From positions 1 through 56,244 of the forward strand of contig CAYXJN010000011.1 of NCBI GenBank assembly GCA_964464605.1: a stretch of 56,244 nucleotides of DNA, read 5' to 3'. Positions 48,713 through 56,244 of the stretch are shown piece after piece; the first letter of the stretch is position 1, and each line of letters begins with the position of its first letter. Position numbers and translations under genes: made by a program. Source of the DNA: an uncultured Ignavibacteriales bacterium. Its GTDB lineage: Bacteria; Zixibacteria; MSB-5A5; GN15; FEB-12. The notes beneath the pieces were generated by a model. It had not been told where the DNA came from. It made no database searches and saw only the letters and a list, made by a program, of their open reading frames with translations.

Positions 48713-49243
48713 TTATCGAATCGTATCGTAAAATACATTCATACGATTGACGATATTACGGCTGAACTCTCTCCATGTGCTATCCTTCTTCATAATAAAA
48801 TCGGTAATCTCAACTGAATCCACAGATACAAAGCGATAAATCGTCTTTCCGAGTTGAGTCTCTGGTTTTCCCCAAAGCGTAGTCAGGCTGGAGTCATCGC
48901 ATGAAGCGGACAACGGATGAATAGCTCCTTGCGAATCAAACCATGTTCCTTCAAAATGAGTGCTGTCGATTGCCTTGTAGTAACCGATTCCGCTGAAAAC
49001 TTGTAAATTATTTTGGCTGGGTAGCTTATTCGTTATCTTATAGGAAATCTGATAAAAAGCACCCTCAAGTACCGGTTTCCATTCCATAATGATATCTGCC
49101 TTATGACCAAAGGCTTTTCCTTCAGTGTGCCAGTACCCGTTCAAACGGGACATGAGCGAGTGAGAGGTTGTTTGGGCGAAAGCAAAAACAAAAATACACA
49201 AAAATGATAATGGGATAACTAAAAACGTAATTCGGCGTTTCAT
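48713..49243 (-). CDS. Secreted hypothetical protein (DUF1579-like beta fold)
   Basis: Signal peptide, LNGYW..EG, GTWFDSQG. Confidence 0.6.
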   Translation of the reverse strand: MKRRITFLVIPLSFLCIFVFAFAQTTSHSLMSRLNGYWHTEGKAFGHKADIIMEWKPVLEGAFYQISYKITNKLPSQNNLQVFSGIGYYKAIDSTHFEGTWFDSQGAIHPLSASCDDSSLTTLWGKPETQLGKTIYRFVSVDSVEITDFIMKKDSTWREFSRNIVNRMNVFYDTIR

Positions 49244-49272
49244 TTTTACTCACTCCATATCGTTTCGTAATC

Positions 49273-49463
49273 GGTGGCACACCCTTTAGGGTGTGAACTT
49301 AAAAGCCTTCAAATGGTTGGATCCCACCATAAATGGTGGGGCACCAAGGCAGGAATGCATCGGTGTTGTAGGTCGTGGTTTCGAGTCGTCGAGAAACCCG
49401 ACAATTTCTTATTCTTTAAAAGACAATTGTCGGGTTATTCGCTTCGCTCAAACCCGACCTACA
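49273..49463. repeat. Cluster of REP-like palindromes (two inverted pairs)
   Basis: CACACCCTTTAGGGTGTG with CCCACCATAAATGGTGGG; TGTAGGTCG..GTT..AACCCGACA with its inverted copy TGTCGGGTT..AACCCGACCTACA. Confidence 0.7.
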
Positions 49464-49467
49464 AGAG

Positions 49468-49833
49468 CTACTTCTTCAACTCTTCCCAAATGCCGAACAC
49501 ATTTCCTTCGGTGTCTTTGAAATAGGCCAAATAGCCGGCGGTAGGGATGAGCATTTTCGGAACAACCTGTTTGCCGCCGTTTGCTTCGATCTTTTTTGCG
49601 TGTTCATCGATTGAATCGACATGGAGCGTGTTGTATACGGCTCCAGCCGGATCGCGACGTTTCATTAAACCACCGTTAATACCGGGTTGGGATGAGTCGC
49701 CCGTTTCCGCCAGCCAATACGGTTCCGGCCCGTCCCATTTGGTGATTTTCCAGCCGAATGTGTCGGTGTAAAACTTCGATGCCCGTTCCGGGTCATCGCA
49801 GTGGATTTCGAAGTGGATTACGCGATTGCTCAT
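49468..49833 (-). CDS. VOC/glyoxalase family protein
   Basis: VIHFEI..DDPERA..FY..FGW, GINGG, FKDTEGNVFGIWE; GGAGG SD. Confidence 0.9.
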   Translation of the reverse strand: MSNRVIHFEIHCDDPERASKFYTDTFGWKITKWDGPEPYWLAETGDSSQPGINGGLMKRRDPAGAVYNTLHVDSIDEHAKKIEANGGKQVVPKMLIPTAGYLAYFKDTEGNVFGIWEELKK

Positions 49834-49958
49834 GATATTTCCTCCGCAGATTCGTTTGTTGCTTTTCACTCAATATGTGCCGCATATTTTCATTAGAACA
49901 ACGGATTTGTTGTACAATCTGTTGAATGTGATACGCCGTTTACCGGTCGGAGGTTGCA

Positions 49959-50519
49959 ATGTCAAAACGTGCCTTGATGGTTTTAGCTGAGGGATTTGAA
50001 GATATCGAAGCAGTCGCGCCGATTGATGTGCTCACACGATCGGGCGTCGAAGTAACTATAGCCGCATTGACCGGTGGTTCGGTGAAAGCGGCGTATGGCT
50101 TAACGATTCAGCCGACGACTACGATTGATACAGTATCCGGACTGTACGATGCTATCATTTTCCCCGGCGGCCGAAAAAATGCACAAAGTTTGGCGGCGCA
50201 CAAAAAAGCAGTCGAGTTAGCGCAGGAACATTTTAAGGCGGGGAAGATTGTGGCGGCTATCTGCGCGGCACCAAGTCATGTGCTTGGGGAAGCGGCCGGA
50301 TTGCTCAAAGGAAAGCGGGCGACAGGAGATCCGAGTTTTAATTTCAAACTCGGCGCCAGCGGCGCGATTGTAACCAATGAAAATGTTACGCAAGACGGCA
50401 CTATTATCACCAGTATGGGGCCGGGCGCGGCAATGTTATTCGCATTGCAATTGGCTGAAAACTTAGCCGGAAAAGAAACAGCCGACGGTTTTGCCACCAA
50501 GTGGGGAATAAAGCGATAA
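49959..50519 (+). CDS. DJ-1/PfpI (YajL-like) protein
   Basis: GFEDIE, YDAIIFPGG, AAICAAP, ITSMGPG. Confidence 0.9.
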   Translation: MSKRALMVLAEGFEDIEAVAPIDVLTRSGVEVTIAALTGGSVKAAYGLTIQPTTTIDTVSGLYDAIIFPGGRKNAQSLAAHKKAVELAQEHFKAGKIVAAICAAPSHVLGEAAGLLKGKRATGDPSFNFKLGASGAIVTNENVTQDGTIITSMGPGAAMLFALQLAENLAGKETADGFATKWGIKR

Positions 50520-50522
50520 CAT

Positions 50523-51062
50523 ATGACGACCGGAATACTCTTTGTGCTTTCGTCCGCTATAGCTGGTATAATTATTCGCTTTCTTGCCGGTCGCACTACC
50601 GGTGTTCCGAAAATTACCCCGTTCTTTCGTGTTCTTTTTTTGATCATCGGGATTTTAGGTGCGGGTATGACCCTGTTTCAGATGTCGCACTTGCAATCGT
50701 ATGCTATCTATAAAAAATGGGGGATGATTAACGGTATTGTCACCGATGCGCAGGTCACGGAAAAAATGAATACCTATCGCCCAAAAATTTCCTACAGTTA
50801 TATCGTCAACGGTCATACCTATACCGGCAATTCCGATATGGATGTTCCCGGTTTCGGGGGCAAACAAAAGATGTTCGACGTTGCCGAAACAACCGTGCGG
50901 GATATGGCGCCCGGATCAATTGTTCCGGTTTTTTATAACCCGGAAAATCCGTCGGATTCAAAACTTCGCGTCACGCCAACCTGGAATGTCTTTGGTCAAA
51001 TCGGTTTCGGCGCATTTCTGGTTCTTTGCGCCGGATTTGGATTCGTGCTGCCGCGGAAGTAA
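50523..51062 (+). CDS. DUF3592 domain membrane protein
   Basis: TMs, W...G.V, YRPKISYSY.V.G.TY, VPVFYNPENP.DS.L. Confidence 0.75.
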   Translation: MTTGILFVLSSAIAGIIIRFLAGRTTGVPKITPFFRVLFLIIGILGAGMTLFQMSHLQSYAIYKKWGMINGIVTDAQVTEKMNTYRPKISYSYIVNGHTYTGNSDMDVPGFGGKQKMFDVAETTVRDMAPGSIVPVFYNPENPSDSKLRVTPTWNVFGQIGFGAFLVLCAGFGFVLPRK

Positions 51063-51065
51063 AAA

Positions 51066-52943
51066 TCAGGGTGTCTGAATACTCTGTTGATACTGCAGCA
51101 TTTGCTGCAACACCGATACTGCTGAGCTGTTATTCGGATTCAATTGAATCGCACGGCGAACTTCGGCAATACCCTCTTCAACCTGTCCGTTTTCAAACAA
51201 AGTCATACCGAGCCTGAAACTGACTTGATCGTTGATCGGGAAAAAGCGCTTGGCATCAAGCAGCACCTGGATCGCCCCTGCTTTGTTGTTCATATCAAGC
51301 AGGACAGTCGAAAGGTTGAGATATGCTTCGGTTAAACCGGGAGCAAGCCGGATCGCCTTTCTGAAATCAGCTTCCGCGCCGACTTTGTTGCCGCTTTGAT
51401 GGGCTAACATTCCGCGGTTGATATATCCCTGCGCATAGGTCGAGTCTGCTTGTAGTGTTTTCTGATAATAGATCGCCGCCTGGTCAATTTTGCCTGACTG
51501 ATAAAATGCATTGCCGATGGTAGTGAGTTCTTCCGCTCGAACGGCGCCGTCGTTGATGCCGAGCAGATTATGATTGCTTTCGACTGCAAAGATGCCGAAT
51601 ACCAGCAGGAACAGCGTTACATTTTTCCACTTGTGCTCGCGCAGATAGTTGATAAGCGAAACGACCGCAAGAACAGCGAAGGGAATAAGCAGGGGAATCA
51701 TCGGCTGCCGAAACCGGGCACAGACAAAAAAGAGAATAAGACTGATCGCATAAGCGCCCAAAACAAGATACACCGCCATCAACTTTCTCCACTGCGATAG
51801 CGAAATCAATAAACCGAGCAGTGCGAGCGGTGCGACAACACCGAACGGAAAATAGATCGGCTTTGCCCACATGAGTACCCGCAACAGCGGTGAAAAGTGG
51901 GTGGACATATATTCACTCTGATTATTCGCAATCTCATACCCGTTTATGAGAATGCGAAATTTGGTAAACAGTCGGGAAATCCAGCCGGCAATATCCTGAT
52001 TGATCTCTTTCCAGGCGGCGTTGTACCAGTAATCGGAAATCTCCGATGGTTTCAGGGTTTTGCCCATCGCTTGCTGCGGTATGTTGATTGTCTCCCGGTA
52101 TCCACCTTCCCAGGTTTGATCGACACCGGGAATTGTGGCTGACCATCCGTTCGACAGCCGGTTGTTGCCGATATAAAAATTGACCCCACCCTGCCAGGCG
52201 ACGAGCACAAAATCATCCGATACGAGGTAATTCCGAATCGTAACCGGAAAGATGACGACAAAACAGGCGGCAGTTAAAATTGCATAGGAGCGAATCGCTT
52301 TATTAAGTCCGAGTTTCGGTTTGATAATGAACCAAAACCAGAAAACGAGAAACGGTAGCAGTAAAAGAATGTTGGGGCGGGTTATCGTTGCTACTCCCAA
52401 AAGCAACCCGCTCATAAGAAAATCTCGCACAAACAAAGATTCGGCTGTTCGCACTAACTGCCAGACGACTAATACGAGTAATAGCGGCATCAATGATTCG
52501 ATCAGCAGTGAAGTATCAAAATGCAGTGAGGTTGGATAGAAACCCAAAATCGCGGCGGACCAAAACCCTACTGTTCTGTTCTGCAACCGGGTGAAGAGAA
52601 GATACACGAGCGGTGGAACCAGTGATGTCAGCAGTATCTGAAAAAAGCGAATCCAGTAAAAGGACTGCTCCGATGCGTTATACAGAAAACTCAAAAAGTA
52701 CGGGTAAAGTGGCGCCCGGAAAAATGCTTCTGATTGTGTCACAGTTGTACTGCCAATCTGCTGTGCTAACTGGATATGGTAGCGCTCATCCATTATCGGA
52801 TGGGTGAAGGTCGGCATCGCTTCGATTTGGTTGAGGTAAACAACCCGCACTGCCAAAGCGGCGAAGTAAATAAGGAGGGGGACTACCCACCAGCGCTGGA
52901 ACAATGAGGTATGCGATCGTTTCACGGCCTGAAAGTTACGCAT
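51066..52943 (-). CDS. GT-C (GT39/ArnT-like) membrane glycosyltransferase with C-terminal TPR repeats
   Basis: DERYH, FRAPLYPYFL, ITRPN, GGVNFYIGNN, ARFR, TPR helices; start uncertain (ORF to 52964). Confidence 0.8.
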   Translation of the reverse strand: MRNFQAVKRSHTSLFQRWWVVPLLIYFAALAVRVVYLNQIEAMPTFTHPIMDERYHIQLAQQIGSTTVTQSEAFFRAPLYPYFLSFLYNASEQSFYWIRFFQILLTSLVPPLVYLLFTRLQNRTVGFWSAAILGFYPTSLHFDTSLLIESLMPLLLVLVVWQLVRTAESLFVRDFLMSGLLLGVATITRPNILLLLPFLVFWFWFIIKPKLGLNKAIRSYAILTAACFVVIFPVTIRNYLVSDDFVLVAWQGGVNFYIGNNRLSNGWSATIPGVDQTWEGGYRETINIPQQAMGKTLKPSEISDYWYNAAWKEINQDIAGWISRLFTKFRILINGYEIANNQSEYMSTHFSPLLRVLMWAKPIYFPFGVVAPLALLGLLISLSQWRKLMAVYLVLGAYAISLILFFVCARFRQPMIPLLIPFAVLAVVSLINYLREHKWKNVTLFLLVFGIFAVESNHNLLGINDGAVRAEELTTIGNAFYQSGKIDQAAIYYQKTLQADSTYAQGYINRGMLAHQSGNKVGAEADFRKAIRLAPGLTEAYLNLSTVLLDMNNKAGAIQVLLDAKRFFPINDQVSFRLGMTLFENGQVEEGIAEVRRAIQLNPNNSSAVSVLQQMLQYQQSIQTP

Positions 52944-53091
52944 TTTTATGAAAAAGCGGAACAAAGGGGTAAAAGAGCGATTGTAGAGTCCGAAGCCTAT
53001 TTTTTGTGGCAGCCCTAAGCAGCTAAATTACTGGTTTGTTAGTTACTTAGCTAAGCTAACGAAGAAAAACAAAAAAAACGGTGGCGGGGAC

Positions 53092-53120
53092 TTGACCGGT
53101 CGAAAAGGGAGCCGTATTAT
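53092..53120 (+). promoter_or_regulatory. rRNA promoter P1
   Basis: TTGACC-N17-TATTAT with upstream A-tracts. Confidence 0.7.
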
Positions 53121-53246
53121 TGATTATTAGCCGACAATCGAATGTGATTGTTTCGTACCTTTACGGGTAACGTTATGGATTTCAATCGACTGTCGTTGGG
53201 AATGCGGAAAAATAACGAACTGTTTGAAAAAAGTTTGAAAATCCGC

Positions 53247-53275
53247 TTGACCGACCGTCAGGACGGCTTTATACT
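53247..53275 (+). promoter_or_regulatory. rRNA promoter P2
   Basis: TTGACC-N17-TATACT with A-rich UP region; boxA-like GTTCTTTGACA near 53322. Confidence 0.75.
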
Positions 53276-53531
53276 CCGAATCCTGCACGGCAAAATATTG
53301 TCGCGCAGTTTTTTATCGGATTGTTCTTTGACAGCTAAATAGCCACGCAAGAGGATAGTGACACGACTCCATTTTTTTGTGTCGTAACCTAATTTTAATG
53401 AGAATTCCCGAAAGGGAATCTTGTCATCTATTCTATGATTAATGTTCTGTAAATCCTGAATTTTTGTTAGCGTCATCGATGCTGATAAAGGGACTCAGAA
53501 CTCAAAATTGAGAATACAATTCGATGTATTT

Positions 53532-55083
<1,552 letters not shown>

Positions 55084-55226
55084 CTAAGGAGTAGGTGTGG
55101 TGCGCACTCCGCGCACACAACATCGAGGTCGAGCGGTACAAAAAAGAAAAAGTCTTGTCCTACTTCTTGTAGTGGCTATTTGCAAAATATATGAGACGCC
55201 CGTTAGGCGCCGCACCGTTAACCTTC

Positions 55227-55300
55227 GGGCCTATAGCTCAGTTGGTTAGAGCGCGCGCCTGATAAGCGCGAGGTCAGTGGTTCAACTCCACTTAGGCCCA
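55227..55300 (+). tRNA. tRNA-Ile(GAT)
   Basis: Cloverleaf with anticodon loop CTGATAA; CCA not encoded. Confidence 0.95.
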
Positions 55301-55308
55301 TAGATTTC

Positions 55309-55381
55309 GGGGATGTAGCTCAGCTGGGAGAGCGGCGGCTTTGCAAGCCGTAGGTCACCGGTTCGATCCCGGTCATCTCCA
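55309..55381 (+). tRNA. tRNA-Ala(TGC)
   Basis: Cloverleaf with anticodon loop TTTGCAA and G3:U70; CCA not encoded. Confidence 0.95.
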
Positions 55382-55539
55382 AAATAGGCGACAACGACCA
55401 CGCGAGTGGTGTCGAGATAAAAGTAGTGTCCGTAAGGACAAAAGCTCTTTGACAACTGAATAGTGTTTTTCCGAGTGACGAGTATCTTCCAACAAGCTGC
55501 GCAGTTAGTGCGCATTGTGGATATTCTTATGTAGATTTT

Positions 55540-56244
<705 letters not shown>

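Noticed and set aside
49273..49463. Possible CRISPR array or IS element
   Set aside because: The repeats are inverted and non-identical, with no regular spacers, cas genes or transposase.

Overview
Bacterial chromosomal window of moderate GC. The dockerin-tailed and FlgD/T9SS-type-tailed secreted proteases point to an FCB-group organism, plausibly candidate division Zixibacteria (inference). In order it contains: an amidohydrolase pair; an FMN-riboswitch-controlled ribD-ribE-ribBA-ribH-nusB operon; a DUF2723/GT4/flippase-like glycosylation operon; an orphan sigma-region-4 locus with a structured GGA-rich leader and small ORFs; a rhodanese-MauE/DoxX pair; a compact type IV pilus/T2SS-like cluster with fused PilM-PilN; an Omp85-like barrel; secreted metalloproteases and a DUF5723 barrel operon with sigma54-type promoters; a stress/DNA-damage region bracketed by two paralogous WYL regulators (dodecin, Hsp20, a peroxiredoxin lacking its catalytic residues, umuDC with an atypical UmuD, a low-GC membrane protein, DinB, an S8 lipoprotein); a two-gene bacterial microcompartment locus (BMC-H plus an aldehyde dehydrogenase with an encapsulation peptide); REP-like repeats; and the start of an rRNA operon (16S, tRNA-Ile, tRNA-Ala, partial 23S). 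No CRISPR array or transposase was seen. Family calls rest on motif recognition by eye, not on database searches.
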